From: Heteronotia binoei
Taxonomy: Eukaryota
Assembly: GCF_032191835.1 (NCBI RefSeq)
Contig: NC_083225.1
Coordinates: 53,754,001-53,818,000 of the forward strand
Reading direction: 5' to 3'
Length of the DNA: 64,000 bases
How positions within the stretch are numbered: position 1 is the stretch's first letter; every line of letters starts with the position of its first letter. The translations under genes were made by a program, and so were the position numbers. The notes below the pieces were generated by a model. It was not told the origin of the DNA and ran no database searches. It saw only the letters and a list, made by a program, of their open reading frames with translations. Of this stretch, positions 1 through 13,134 are shown piece by piece.

Positions 1-1108
1 TTTTGTGAAGCTGAACCAAGATAGTAGTAAACAGGAGCAAAAGAAGTGGTAGAATGGTTTAGCCCACAGTCAATCACCCATTCCTCTATCAAATGTTATA
101 GACCAGAATATGGATTTCCTCAGTTTGCCAGTTTGGTGTAGTGGTTAAGTGCGCGTGGACTCTTATCCGGGAGAACCGGGTTTGATTCCTCACTCCTCCA
201 CTTGCAGCTGCTAGAATGGCCTTGGGTCAGCCATAGCTCTCACAGAGCTGTCCTGTTAAAGTTTCAAAGCAGTTTATGTCTTGGCATGCATGGCTGCAAA
301 GAGGCAGGAAGCACGGCATCTTTGCTCTCTATACGGCAGATCCTTTCAAAAAGGGAGAAAAACACAGCCTTCCCAGAATGGCTCTGCTACTGTGGGCTGA
401 AGACCACTGGCTTAAGAGGAGTAAAAGATAACTACAGGAAGTTAATGAACAACGTTTGAATCCAGTGGTACCTTTAAGACCAAACAAGTGTTATTCTCAG
501 TATAAGGTTTTGTGTGCATGCACATTTCTTCAGATAAGTTATTGCTAACTTAAAGCATTTGTTATAAATAGGTAAAACATCTGAACTTTAAAATAATATT
601 TTTGATTTAATTTATATGTTTCTGAAATTGTATTAACCATTCGTAGACTTTAAATGCACACCGACAGTCAGGCTAAGAGACATAGTTACAGAAGTGAGTC
701 ATGAAGCAAACCTGGTAGCCTCCCTCAGCTACAGATTTCTCAGGTGGGAAGGAAGTAGCAGAGTTTTCTATCCAATGATGATATTGGATTGGCCCTCAAC
801 ATAAGCTAACTAACTAGATTCTGGACTAATATGTGAGTGGACCGAGATCAAACAGCTTCACAGGCCCTTCTCCAATAGCATCTGTAGGGGCAAAGAAGCA
901 TTTAGCAAAGAAGCCTGTAGCATTTGATGTCCTTTTCAAGACTGAGGGGCAGGAGTCATGTGGTGGGAGGCAGCAGCAACAGAGCTTAGATGTTGTTCCA
1001 GCAAAGTCTGAGGGTGAACTGAGGCCTTCAGTACTCCTTCAAGGTGCTAGTTCTTTAAAAGTGCCATACCTGTTTACAGCATAATAAAGTTATAACAATC
1101 CATCCGTC

Positions 1109-1327
1109 GGGGAGGGACGGTGGCTCAGTGGTAGAGCATCTGCTTGGGAAGCAGAAGGTCCCAGGTTCAATCCCTGGCATCTCCAAAAAAGGGTCCAGGC
1201 AAATAGGTGTGAAAAACCTCAGCTTGAGACCCTGGAGAGCCGCTGCCAGTCTGAGAAGACAATACTGACTTTGATGGACCAAGGGTCTGATTCAGTATAA
1301 GGCAGCTTCATATGTTCATATGTTCAT
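1109..1327 (+). mobile_element. Young tRNA-derived SINE
   Basis: A box TGGCTCAGTGG, B box GGTTCAATCCC, non-tRNA body, (CATATGTT)n tail. Confidence 0.9.
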
Positions 1328-2076
1328 CCATCAGGTTCACTTTCATTTTTAAAAAATAGTTAGTCCCATTCCTCACTAACAGTTGATCTGCCTCTGGGCT
1401 TCTGCTTTCCCCAGCTCAAGCGATCAATTCCTCACCAGTTGCTGCACAGGCACATTTCCCCGACGGCTTCTTGGTCTGGTTTTTTTAGAGATCCGGAAGC
1501 TGTGAGAGAAATTGGAGGTAGCTGTGGGGCAAAATACGCCTGCGCAACAAGTGGTGGGGAATCGTTTGCTTGAGCCAGGGAAAGCCCGGGGGTGAAACAA
1601 CTGCTAGTGAGGAAATGGTCTTAGTATCTAATCCAACATTATAACGTCAAAACAATATGTCAATTGACAATTGTTAAAAAGCTCTCTGGTGAAAGAGAGG
1701 AAATGGCTTCCATGGAGAATCAGGGCAAGGAAAAATGGCACCAATGGTGGGGTTGATAGGAAAGATCTGGACTTTCCTATCCACGTGGATGCCACTTTGG
1801 CTTTGCTGCGATCTTTCCCAAAACATCACATCAAAGCAGATGGGGGAAACTCAGGAGATGCATGAAAGCAACGCAAGTCTGTAAGGAAGCAGGTGGAAAA
1901 GCCCACTTCCCAGAAGCATTCAGGCAGGGTCAAACAACCCATGCAGAAGTGACAGCAGTTGTAAAAAGTTGCAATCCCTGGTCCTTGCATAAAATTACAG
2001 TTCCCAGAGTTCTTCGGTTGGAAGACATAACAATTGAACTAACTTGAAATTTGTCATGAGCACACATAGTCTATGG

Positions 2077-2215
2077 CAGGGGTGGCCAACGGTAGCTCTC
2101 CAGAAGTTTTTTTTGCCTACAACTCCCATCAGCCCCAGCCATTGGCCATGCTGGCTGGGGCTGATGGGAGTTGTAGGCAAAAAAACATCTGGAGAGCTAT
2201 CGTTGGCCACGCCTG
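2077..2215. mobile_element. Palindromic hAT MITE
   Basis: TIR CAGGGGTGGCCAAC / GTTGGCCACGCCTG; whole element folds back; perfect TSD GTCTATGG. Confidence 0.92.
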
Positions 2216-3469
2216 GTCTATGGTTCTAGCTCACATGTGCAAAAGAAAGAGGTGATAAATTGCTGCAGTTGTAGAATGGGCTGCAGCAGTTCAGACCGTA
2301 GGTGGGAGATTCCATCTATCTGCCTAGCAGAAAACCAACAAGAAACAAGTACAGCAAGAAGGAATGCTCCTCCTCTTTGCTTAGGGTGCTGGATTTCTAT
2401 TGAATTTGTAATATACAGAGGAGCTTTCTAAAACGTGATCCTCCATGATCCTCTCCACCTGCAGCCTCACTCTCTGGCGCATGTAAACCAGGTCTTAGTG
2501 GAGAAGAAGAGATTCAGAGGCTGAGAACAGACGGGCACTTAAAGCTGCCCGGGGCCGGGAGGCAGGCGGACCAAAAAAATGCTTCCATACACGCACATCT
2601 GCATCCCGCCCCTGTCCCGCCCCCGGCTTGCTGGGAGCTGGCTCGAAAAGGGACCACTTTGAAAGTGGTGCCTTTTTGCTGGGGCACCTCCGAGGCGCCT
2701 CCTCAGCCATCTGGAAGGCCGGGAAGCACCGGGAGTGCCCAGGGAGCCACGGATGGGACGCATGAGCATTCCAGATGCTCCCTGGGCATCCACAGCCCAT
2801 CCCTTTTCCAAGAGCCATCTGGAAGCTCCGGGGTGCTCTATTTCAGGTTGGCTCTCTTTGGGGCAGCTTCAAGGCACCCCAAACCAGCCATCTGCTATCA
2901 GTCACAGAGCACTTAAACAGGTCTATTCCCATACGGAAGTACATTATTCTACATGATCTTAAATTGCTCACTGGCAGCTATGACTGATCCAGTAGACACC
3001 AGATAAAATGTTCAATGAAACCCCAGTAGGCAACTGTAGATATAATACTGCGTCATCCTTGTGGAGGCACATGCTTTAATAAGCAGGTTGCCAGTCTCTT
3101 GTTTTGAGTCATTCCAGGAAATTCATGGTTGTGAAAGAGGAAAAGAATGGAGTAGGTGGGGAAGATGTAGTAGGCTGATCAGTATGAGCTTCTCCTAGAA
3201 TTGCCCCATGGGATATGTGGGTTTATTTTATTTTTTTTTGTAATATACTGTGTACATATTTTAAAGTGTGTGTGTGCTTAATGTACATAGATACATACAT
3301 AATATTTGTAAATTTTTAATCAATGCTTACAGTTGTGGAGAGTTTCTGGTATGCACTGCTTACAATAAAGAAGGCAGCTCTGTAATGTTAGCATCAACTA
3401 GGGCCTCCTTGGACTCTCCCCTTCTGCTACAATAGAAACCAGAGAGGGTGTAGCAAAGAACCTCCAACC

Positions 3470-3650
3470 CAGGACTTTTTTTGTAGCAGGAACTCCTTTG
3501 CATATTAGGCCACACACCCCTGATGTAGCTAATCCTCCAAGAGCTTACAGAACTTTTAGTACAGGGCCTACTGTAAGCTCCAGGAGGATTGGCTATATCA
3601 GGGGGTGTGGCCTAATATGCAAAGGAGTTCCTGCTACAAAAAAAGCTGTG
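3470..3650. mobile_element. Palindromic hAT-like MITE (related copies ~9705-9830, 34240-34418, 34580-34640)
   Basis: Fold-back GTAGCAGGAACTCCTTTGCATATTAGGCCACAC arms; perfect TSD CTCCAACC. Confidence 0.88.
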
Positions 3651-5172
3651 CTCCAACCAATGCATATGTTGCTCCTATGGCCAGTCGATGATGATCCTAC
3701 CAGTGACTGCGCTAAGTGCTGCTCCATATCAAAGCTGCTGCATGGTGCAGATTCTTGTTGGAATACAAGCTATGTACATTCCAGCCATTATATAGTTAAC
3801 TGTTTGTTTACATGATAGAGGAAGTGATGTATTGTGACCTAAACTCAATTGTGGGATGGTTCTTACTTTGCCTGAGAAAGATGTAAACACAACATTGGTC
3901 AGAGAGGATGTTAGGTGTGAAATGCTTTGATCTTGTATGTAAGTTTTATTGCTCTTCTTCCTGGTGAAATACGTTTTGGGGAGAAGAACAGTTGAGACAT
4001 AGAACGTAGCCATGTAGTAAAACATAGATAAGACTAGCTGGTAAGCTAGATTGTTTTTCTGTTTTATCCCAAGTACCCTATCCTGATGTTTTCTAGTAAA
4101 CTTGATTTCTTTTGCTAAGCTTAAGCCTCATCTCCAATTACTGCCACTCCAAACCTCTGAATTTAACATGTATTTCCTAACATTTTGGTAGCAGATGGTG
4201 AATGGTTCCAACAATTCTACTTGAGGATAATTGTTCGTGGGAGCATTACCTGTTCCATATGTCTTTTTCAGGGTCTGATTCAAGGACTCACAGTTAGAAC
4301 TCAGTTCCCAAGCAACACACAGCCCAGTCACAGTTTGGGACTGTGGCATATGCAGAGAAGGGCCTTTGGCCATTTTCCTGACTCAGCACAGCCCTGGGAA
4401 GGAGAAGCTGTGGGCCTGTTGGGAAAACCTGAGTTGTAGGAGCTGTTAGGTCAGGAATTGATTTCTCAGAGGGGGGGGACTTGTAGCTGATGTTTTACTG
4501 AGAGTCCTTGGGGCAGGCCCAGGGAAGACATGTGGAAAAGGTAAGTATAGTTTGTCTGGCCACAACCTTCCAGTGGGCATGCCAAATCTACTTGTCAGAC
4601 ACCTAGAAAAAACGTTAGTGACATTGGACTGAATCTTTTTGTTTTTGTGCAGCTTTTTGTTGCTGTGTCCCTTTCTGTAGTTATTCAGCCGTTGACATCA
4701 CATTTTAGGGGCCATGTAATGAAAACAAGAGATCAAAATTAAAAAATGCAAAAAAAAATATCTATAAGCTCTCCCCTTATAGTGAATTAGCCTTTTCTGG
4801 CAGGATGCAATGTTTTGTTAAGTTTATATCAAGCAGGTTATTTGGTATGCAAAATGCCACTGATTCCCTCTGCATCTGTTTAATTGACGGTATTGGCTCA
4901 ATGGCCTTTGATAGCTACACTAATTCCTCTGGAATTTGTGCAACACCCAAATTGTTGGGGGCAGGTCTGGAAAGCAGTAGTTTTGAAGTCCAGACTTAGA
5001 GAAAGAAGCTTGAGTTTTGCATCTAATTGTCATATGAAGAAACAGTACTTGAAGTTGAATGTTATTGCATTTTGAGGACTGCTGCTATTTTGCATACATT
5101 TTCTTCCTCTCCCTTATCTTCCTTATTTATACCCAATAGTGAAGTGGTCTTCAGCCCATGGGTCAGGAGTTC

Positions 5173-5415
5173 TAGGGATGCCAGCCTCCAGGTGGGACCT
5201 GAGAATCCCCCCGAATCATACTGTCCTCATCTCAGACTACAGAAATCAGTTCCTATGCAGAAAATGAATGCTTTGGAAGGTGGAATCTATGGCATTGTAC
5301 CCCATTGAGGTCTCCCTGAGGTCCTCCCCAGGCTCCACCCCAAATCTCCAAGAATTTCCCAACCTGGAGTTGGCAACCCTCCCCCCACTGGTGGCCAGGG
5401 GGACCTGGTACCCTT
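5173..5415. mobile_element. TAGGGTTGCCA-type MITE (related copies ~12650-12887 and ~19786-19995)
   Basis: TAGGGATGCCAG ... TGGCAACCCT termini; shared internal sequence among copies; TSD unclear. Confidence 0.6.
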
Positions 5416-6470
5416 AATCAGGACCTTCAGGTGTATCATGGAGCCTCCTTCTGCAGTCATGAGATTCTAGAGAGCTATCTCTCTCTTTCTTATTTGTGTG
5501 TGTATGTGCATCTGGAAGTCATGTTGACCTCTGGTGACTGACCCCTACTGGGGGCCTGGAGAATGTTCACTGAGGTGGCTGAACAAGCCTGCCCCTGCCT
5601 CTTGACTGGGTATTTCAAGGACAGTCTCCCATTCAAGTACTAACCACAGTCAACCCTGCTTATCATCTGAGATATGACAAGATTGGGCTTGTTTGAGCTA
5701 TCCAGGTCAGGGTGAGAGCTATCTTTTATTTTTATTTCATTTTTTGTTGTACAGAAAACAAGGGTGCCATACCTCCTGCCTCTCTTTGCTTGCTTGCAAG
5801 CTTCAAAGAGCGGTGGGGTGGCGGCATTCACTGGTGTAGAAAATTAATCAATGGCTCCAGCCTCTGGCTTGTTCCTCATGATGGTGCACCTACTGATGCT
5901 TGGCTTGTGTTCCCTATCTTTTTTGGTCTCTTGCCCATTGTCTTTGACATTAGTGATGTAATAACTCTGGCTCCTCCTCTTTCTGTCATCTGACTCTGCT
6001 GTCAAGTGACTCCCAGTCAATGTCTGCAGTTTAATCTTATGCAAAGCAGATCCTGGATCTCAAAAAAACTGAAAGACACTGGCCTACTTTTTGTCCTTAT
6101 AGAACATGTTCTGGAATCTACCTTCTGGTGGGGGGAAAAAGAGCACAAAGAAACTTCTGAAATTTCTTAGGGAACCAGCATAGTACTAAGTCTTTGCACC
6201 AAGCCATAACTGAATTTTTTTAGAAATAGTTAAGAAGACATAGCTTGAGGCTGTACTATCTTTATGGGGACACAGTGTTATAATAACTAACTGTAATGTG
6301 GACATTAGTTTGTGTATGGTTTTGTAGATATCAGTGATTTCTAAAATTACTTTTAGGAAAAACAGTAATGTTTAGCCTACTGTCTAAAGATCTGAGACAA
6401 AATGTAGATCCCTTGCCTCTGACACCCCTATCTTACTGTCGCCCAAACATCTAAAACACTTAACCTGACA

Positions 6471-6634
6471 CAGGACTTTTTTTCTGGAAAAGAGGTGCCA
6501 GAACTCTCAAGAGGGAGATGAAGGAGAAAAATACGGGTGCCCCTCATGAACTTTTAAACATTATTTGAGAATTTTGTTTTCACCAAGAGGTTCCAGAACT
6601 CCATCTCACCATGTTCCCCCAGAAAAAAAAGCCA
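6471..6634. mobile_element. hAT-like MITE
   Basis: CAGGACTTTTTTTCTGG ... CCAGAAAAAAAAGCC termini; 8-bp TSD ACCTGACA on both sides. Confidence 0.8.
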
Positions 6635-7573
6635 ACCTGACATCTAATAACACATAACCTTCTCCTGATCAACGTTCTGAGAACTGTTGGTGTGTTTACT
6701 TACGTCTCAAATAAACAAGAGCCAGAACTGCCATTATCAGGATCCTCCTAATCATATTTAAGTTAGTTTATAAATTAATTTGCAGCTCTAGGAAGCTATT
6801 TTGAATATTAGGAAGGGTAATTGGAAAACAGGAATATTTAACCCCTTCCTTCCATGTCCCTTCAATGATTTAAATAGCATCTCTGAAGTTGTTGTAACTA
6901 GTTCTTGGGGGGGGGGGGAGGTTTAATACAATTACAAGCACTTGAATTGTCTTTTTCCATCCACAGAACTAACTGTAGCTTCAGAGTATGTGTTTAAAAG
7001 TTCTGTTCTAAGAAGAGCTACACCCCTCTAAGATTTGCACTGCAAATTGTAAATGGGGGCTCACAAGCTTAATAAGGTGCTATATTCCCTATAAAACCAT
7101 CTCCGTCAGCAAGATCCCTCTATATGTCTTTGGAAATAAATTCAGCACAGGTTCTGTTTCTCTCTGCACTTTCCCTAATTGCTTCCTGTTTTCTTGGGGC
7201 TTGCTGGTTTCCTTGTTAATAAGAGTTTGTTTAGCAGCTCTTGGGGAGAGGGGGCTTATGTACTTACCGTACTTTACTTTGTAACTAGCAAAGGCCACTG
7301 CTTATTTTTGTTGTTTTGGTTAAAACACTATTACAAAATGACAGTTGTTTAAAATTAGAGGCAGGGAAAGATTTATGCTTCTAAATAAGACTTAGACAAG
7401 CTCCCACAGAGACCTTTCCATAATATCGAAACTGCTGCCTGGGGCTGCTAATTAGCTTTTAAAACACCATAGAAGATCCTAATTATGGGCTGTTTGTGTC
7501 TCATAGTGAATACGTGTAGTTCTGATGCAGAAATCAACAGTAACATGAAACAAACCTTTGTTTTTGCTTGCAG

Positions 7574-7687
7574 GAAAACTGTTGTCGATCCTGATGATCC
7601 ACGATGTGCCAGGCTCATTTTGACAGGACAGATGGTTACAGTACCACTGGAAGAAATAGAATTTGCCAAACAAGCATTGTTTTCTAG
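7574..7687 (+). CDS. CREG2: CREG2 penultimate coding exon (114 bp); upstream exons not found in window
   Basis: ttgcag|G AAA ACT... translates (R)KTVVDPDDPRCARLILTGQMVTVPLEEIEFAKQALFS(R), matching the CREG2 C-terminal domain; donor AG|gtctgt; phase 2/2. Confidence 0.93.
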
Positions 7688-8169
7688 GTCTGTATGAATC
7701 TGTTCTAAGGGGGTGAGGTGGGAATTTAAAAAACCAAGTTGTTGTAACTGAGAATGGAAGAAATACGCTTACAACAAGTCAGACTTTTGGTTCCTTTTGT
7801 TCAGCAATGCCAGCTGTAATAGGAAAAAGCTCTCTGGGGACTCAGGCAGGGACACGCTGACATAATACCTGAGATCCTTTTGATTCAAGATGCCAGGGAC
7901 TGGACCCAAGATATCGGTGTGCAAAGCACACTTGATTGTAGTGTTTAAGTGTTGTTTGTCCTTGTGACACATGTTGGGTTTGGAATGTATTTGGAAGAGC
8001 AGAATGAGGTTGGGGATGGTGCCACAATCAATAGGGTGGTGCTGGGAAATACAGTAGTGGGAGAACATGCCAGGAAAGGGAAAGAGACAATGGAATTTTG
8101 CAGGCTGTTGCCTTGTCTGGTTCGTCTTCCAGCCAGGGTGATGCTGGTGGCCATATCAGTGTCTTGCTG

Positions 8170-11100
8170 CATTATCATATTTTGCTTTCAATTCTAAATC
8201 AATTACAGGCAAAATGGCAGCCATTCAGAATTTAATTCTGGATGAGAGGACTCACCTGGTATGCTTCAGTGAGATCTGGTTGGAGGAGGGGGGAGAAGTT
8301 AATCTTTACCGATTATGTTCTCCAGGGTACTCAGTGATTCATCATCGTGGGCCTGATGGGTGGGGAAATGATATTGCTGTGGTCTATTGAGATGCTGTCT
8401 CCCAAGTTAGATGCTCCATCCAGGACTGACAGTTTGGAGAGTGTATTTCCAGTGCTGAGGGCATAAGACTGGATTGGGATCTTGTTGGTGTAGCACCCTA
8501 CCCTCCTGCCCAACCATATCTGTAACTTAAGCTGGTGGAATTGATCTGGGAGGTAACTTGAAAAATCCTAGAACGATTGTCCTGAGGTACTTCAACATTT
8601 ATTTATTTATTTAATTTGTTTCCTACCCTCCCCACAAGTGGGCTCAGGGCGGCTTACAACCAATGTTCCCTCTAAGCTGCAGAGTCTTGTGAGCAAAAAT
8701 TCTACTTTGTGAGCTACCGGCATTTAAGTTGTGAGTTACTGGCATTAAAGTTGTGAGCTACTGCATAAATTAGCATGCTCTGGGGTCATCCTTCCTAAGC
8801 TAAGAAGCTGGAAGCTAAAAAGTGGTGAGCTAGCTCATGCCAACTCAGCTTAGAGGTAACACTGCTAACAACATAGATGTTTGTAACAGATAGCCAGTTT
8901 TAAAATCAAAAACAGCACTTTTAAAACCACAGTTTACAATATTAAGATAGCTTTCTGAAAAAGTATAATGTCCTGGCTCTGTTTTGATTTTAAAAGAGGC
9001 CTGATCCATGGGTTCCCAGGCCATACAGACCCTTGCCAACAACAGTCCCACAGGACAGTTTGGCAGGCAATTTGAGCAGGCTTAACATGCTTGCTAAAGC
9101 TACCTTGTAGGAAGCAGCTCAGGATTTCATGGTCTCCATGACAACCATGGGCCTTTCTCAGGAAATAACAGATCCTCCACACTGTGGAAGTCACGCTCTT
9201 GATCTGGTGTTCTGTTCTGGGCAGGAAGGTGACCTGAAGATTGGGAGGGACTGAACATGGTCCCCTTGTAAAGAACGGGTTACTACTTGCTGAGGTTTAG
9301 ATTTACAGGGATACCAGGAATGCAGGAATGAGGGATCAGGATCACCCACCCCTGTTTATCCATGGTTCTCAGATGAGATTATGGGTTTTTTTTTCCTGCT
9401 CATATCATCAGTGCTTCTATAGATGCCCTCTGGAATGAGGAAATGACCTGAACAACTGCCATGATTGATCCTAAGTGTCCTCTCTCAGGCCTAAGAACTC
9501 AGGCAGCCCCATCTTTTACTGAGGAGCTGAGGATGATGAAAAGACAAGGGAGGCATTGAGAGTGACAGTGGAGAGAGACTGGGAATGAAATTGAAAAGGC
9601 ACAGGCTTGAGTTCATTTTAAAGCATACTCCATGGCACTGTTGGTAGCACAGAAAGAATATTTCTTGGCTGCCTTTGCATCTGTACATTGTGGACCTGTG
9701 AAACTCAGGTTTTTGTAGAAAAGCCCAGCAGAAACTCCTTTGCATATTAGGCCACACTGCCTGACATCACCATTGTTCCACTCAGGGCTTTCTTGTAGAA
9801 AAAGCCCAGCAGGAATTCATTTGCATATTTGGCCACACACCCTGACACCAAGCCAGCCGGAACTGCTTTCCTGTGCGTTCCTGCTCAAAAAAGAAAAAAA
9901 AACCCTGATGAAACTGTTCTGGGTGGGCAGGGGCCTGTTGGGTTCTGGCCTTCAGAAGGAAGTGGTCTGCTCTGCATTCTGCTGTGATCATTTTGTTCAA
10001 TACTTTGCAGATAAAAACTCTCACATCCACTTGTCCTTGGACTCTACTTCAGCAGGGATAGGATCAGATGGTCCCAGGGTGCTGATTTGTCTAGTTGTAT
10101 GGGATACCTTTCAGCTTGTGCAGTCTGAAGATGTGGACAGGATTCTTGGAAGTTTGAGACCTACAACTTGTTTGTACAACACTTGCCCTTCCTGGCTCCT
10201 TAAAACTGTTGAAGGAGACTGGTATACTGAGTTTGGGAGACAGTAAATGAGAGAGGAAGTGGTTGTTCCTTCTTTGAAGCAGGCAGTGGTTCATTTACTC
10301 CTAAAGAAACCTACTCTGAACCCAGAAAAGATTAATAACCGTTGTCCATTCTCCATGTATCATCCTTAAGTAAGGTGATTGAACAAATAGTGAGCAACTC
10401 TGAGAACTCCTGAATGAAGCACATTTTTCAGATCCAATCCAGTCTGATTTCAGTTTCCTCATGGGACTGAAATGGCCTTGGTCCCCCTGGTGGATTACCT
10501 GTATCAAGAGATGGATGGGGGAGTACAGCCCTGGATTTAACTGGATGTCTTAGCAGCTTTTGATCTAATTGATCGTGGTATCCTTCTGGACCAACTTTTG
10601 GAATTTGGACTGAGAGCCACTATACTGAGATGGTTTCAGTCGTACTTTGAGATTAGGTTTCAGAATGTGGTGGTGGGGGATACTGTTTCACCTCTTGTCC
10701 TCTGGCAGTTTCCCACAAGATTCCATCTTGTCCCTCATGCTTTTTGAGATCTATGCAAAGCCGCTGGGAGCAGTCATTCAGAGATTTGGGGTGAGCTGTC
10801 ACCAATATGTAGATGACACTCAGCTCTTACTCAGGCTTTTAAGAGATCCCTGGGAGGCTGTGGAAACTGAAAACTGGTGCCTGAAGGCAGCTGGACATGG
10901 AGAGGGCTAACAAACTGAAACTTAATCCCAGTGAAATGGAGGTGCTACTGGTGGAGGAAAGTTTTGATGTAGGAATATCACCTGTTCTGGATGGGGCTGT
11001 ACTCTCCTTAAAGGAGAAGATTTGTAGCTTGGGGGTGTTGCTGGACCTGCTTGATAAACACATGGCAGCAGTGGCCAGGGATGCCTTTCACTACCTTTGG

Positions 11101-11640
11101 TTGGTGAGCCAGCTGTGGCCCTTCCTGCATGGGGAAGATCTTGTCACTGTAGTGCATGGCCAGGTAACATCTAGATTAGTTTACTGCAGTGCACTGTATG
11201 CAGGGCTGCCCTTGAAGACTGTCCAGAAGCTACAGTTGGTACAGAGTGCAGCAGCCAAAACGTTAACTGGAGTTGGTCATAGGAACTAAGTCATTCCAAT
11301 TTTGTTCTGTTTATGCTGGCTCCCAATTTGCTTCTGATCTCAATTCAAGGTGCTAGTATTGAGCTTTGAAGCCATACATGGCTTGGGGCCAGCATACCTT
11401 AAGGACTGCCTTCCGCCATATGAACCTGCCTGTTCAGTCTTCTTTGGAGGCCCTGCTTCAGTTGTTCCTGCCATCTGTGGCTTGACAGATGGGAACCCAA
11501 GAAAAGGCCTTCTTGGTCATGGTGTCAGTGCTTTGCAACCCTTCTCTCAAGAGATTCATCTGTCTCCCTCTGTTGTGGTCTTTTGCCAGTGGCTGAAGCC
11601 TTTGTTGTTTTATTTGTTGTGCTCCCAGTAATTGTTATTG
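8170..11640 (+). mobile_element. Decayed near-full-length L2-clade LINE ORF2 in the last CREG2 intron, interrupted by SINE/MITE insertions
   Basis: Endonuclease-like start (NSKSITGKMAAIQNLILDE...SEIWL); RT remnants CHQYVDDTQL, NKLKLNPSEMEVL, VTSRLVYCSALYAGLPLKTVQKLQLVQSAAA; many stops and frameshifts; boundaries approximate. Confidence 0.8.
8661..8864. mobile_element. hAT MITE, CAGTGTTCCCTCTAA family
   Basis: TIRs; TSD CTTACAAC/CTAACAAC. Confidence 0.85.
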
Positions 11641-11711
11641 GCCCCCCTCCCTGGTTGTGCTGCCGTTTGTGTTTGTATTTGTATATATTTTACTGCATTA
11701 TTTAAGTATTT

Positions 11712-11752
<41 letters not shown>

Positions 11753-11767
11753 ATATATATACACACA
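11712..11767. repeat. Compound (TA)n(TG)n microsatellite at the L2 3' end
   Basis: Direct reading. Confidence 0.95.
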
Positions 11768-12088
11768 TTATTTTAAATACTGGTTTAATAAAATGTTTTA
11801 ATTTTGAAATGTTTTCATGTTTGTTATTCTTTGCATTGGTGACCCTATTTTGGTAGAAAGGCAGCACAGAACTGTTGCAAATAAAATAAAATAAATAATA
11901 GTTGGCTTCACTATGGGGATATAAAGGCATTCTCTCTCTGGAATAGTCTGCTTATAAGAGTTAATCATTAATTGAAAAATTGAAAAATAGTTGTTCAGCC
12001 AATAAGACCATTTTAAAATCCCTCTAGTCAGTGACTGAAAATGGTAGGATTTAAACCTGCTTTTAAAATGGCACGTAGCACACAGCTA

Positions 12089-12390
12089 GAAGAGCCCCAT
12101 GGCACAGAGTGGTAAAGCTGCAGTACTGCGGTCCTAAGCTCTGCTCACAACCTGAGTTCAATTCCAGCGGAACCTGGGTTCAGGTAGCTGGCTTGAGGTT
12201 GACTCAGCCTTCCATCCTTCTGAGGTCGGTAAAATGAGTACTCACCTTGCTGGGGAGAAAGTGTAGATGACTGGGGAAGGCAGTGGCAAACCACCCCATA
12301 AAAAGTTTGCTGTGAAAACGTTGTGAAAGCAATGTCACCCCAGAGTCGGAAACGACTGGTGCTTGCACTGGGGACTACCTTTACCTTTTT
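12089..12390 (+). mobile_element. Sauria-type tRNA-derived SINE (second copy 38499-38795)
   Basis: tRNA-like head, body ...GGGGAAGGCA.TGGCAAACCA..., ACCTTT tail; two homologous copies in the window. Confidence 0.75.
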
Positions 12391-12986
12391 AAAGACTGAA
12401 TATTTGAGTATGATTGTACCAAACCTTCTGTGTTGCAGTCTTTTTTGGAATTCCCAATTATTCCAGAACTAGTCTTTATATTATTTATTTTCATTCTTGT
12501 ATGACTAGGATAGTTTTGGAGGTTTCCCCCCCCTCTTTTCTTCTCAGAACTAAAAATACCTGACCTGACCTGAATTAAAAATATGGACAAGCAGTTGCAC
12601 ACATACTCAGTCTTAAAATTTGTTTTTGTAAGTGGAGAGACTTGCTTTCCAGTAGTTGCCACATGTACTGGAGAATAATCAGCAGTCATCCTGGAAAATA
12701 CCTGGAGATTTTGGGGGTAGAGCCTGAGGAAGGCAAGGTTTGGAGAGGGCAGGACTTCAACAAGGTATAATGCCATAGAGTCCACCTTCCAAAGCAGCTG
12801 TTTTCTCCAGGGGAACTTATCTCTATGGCCTGGAAATCAGTTGTAATCCCAGGAGATCTCCAGCCACCTCCTGGAAGTTGGCAACCCGCTTGTTGCTGCG
12901 CATCCTCAAACTATAAGCTGGAAGAAACCTTGTGTAGATTGACATTATTGTAAATCTTTTTGGTTATCTTGTCTCTGTTCTTTCAG

Positions 12987-13134
12987 GCACCCTGTCATGA
13001 GAAAATGGCCTCGCAGTTATGAATGGTTCTTTATGAAAATGAACATAGATCACATCTGGCTTCAGAATTGGTATGGAGGAATTAATGCCATTGCACCAGA
13101 GGAATATTTCAAAGTAGTTCAAAGTAAAGCTTGA
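12987..13134 (+). CDS. CREG2: CREG2 last coding exon to stop
   Basis: tttcag|G CAC CCT... gives HPVMRKWPRSYEWFFMKMNIDHIWLQNWYGGINAIAPEEYFKVVQSKA*, TGA at 13132-13134; phase matches the previous exon. Confidence 0.94.

Noticed and set aside
503-537. Other hammerhead-like copies (also ~14955-14990, ~23410-23435, ~60685-60712)
   Set aside because: Core is mutated (GAAA to AAAA, or CUGANGA lost), so they are predicted inactive.
1109-1190. tRNA gene (also heads at ~130, ~12095, ~38505, ~60050)
   Set aside because: A/B boxes continue into SINE bodies and tails; no complete cloverleaf or terminator.
2495-2930. GC-rich patch with several short ORFs and small hairpins
   Set aside because: Looks like the interior of an unclassified repeat; I could not define termini or any protein similarity.
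1-7500. CREG2 exons 1-2
   Set aside because: No matching translation found by eye; they probably lie upstream of the window.
10647-11631. 87-130 aa ORFs with RT-like words
   Set aside because: Frameshifted remnants of the L2 element, not a host gene.
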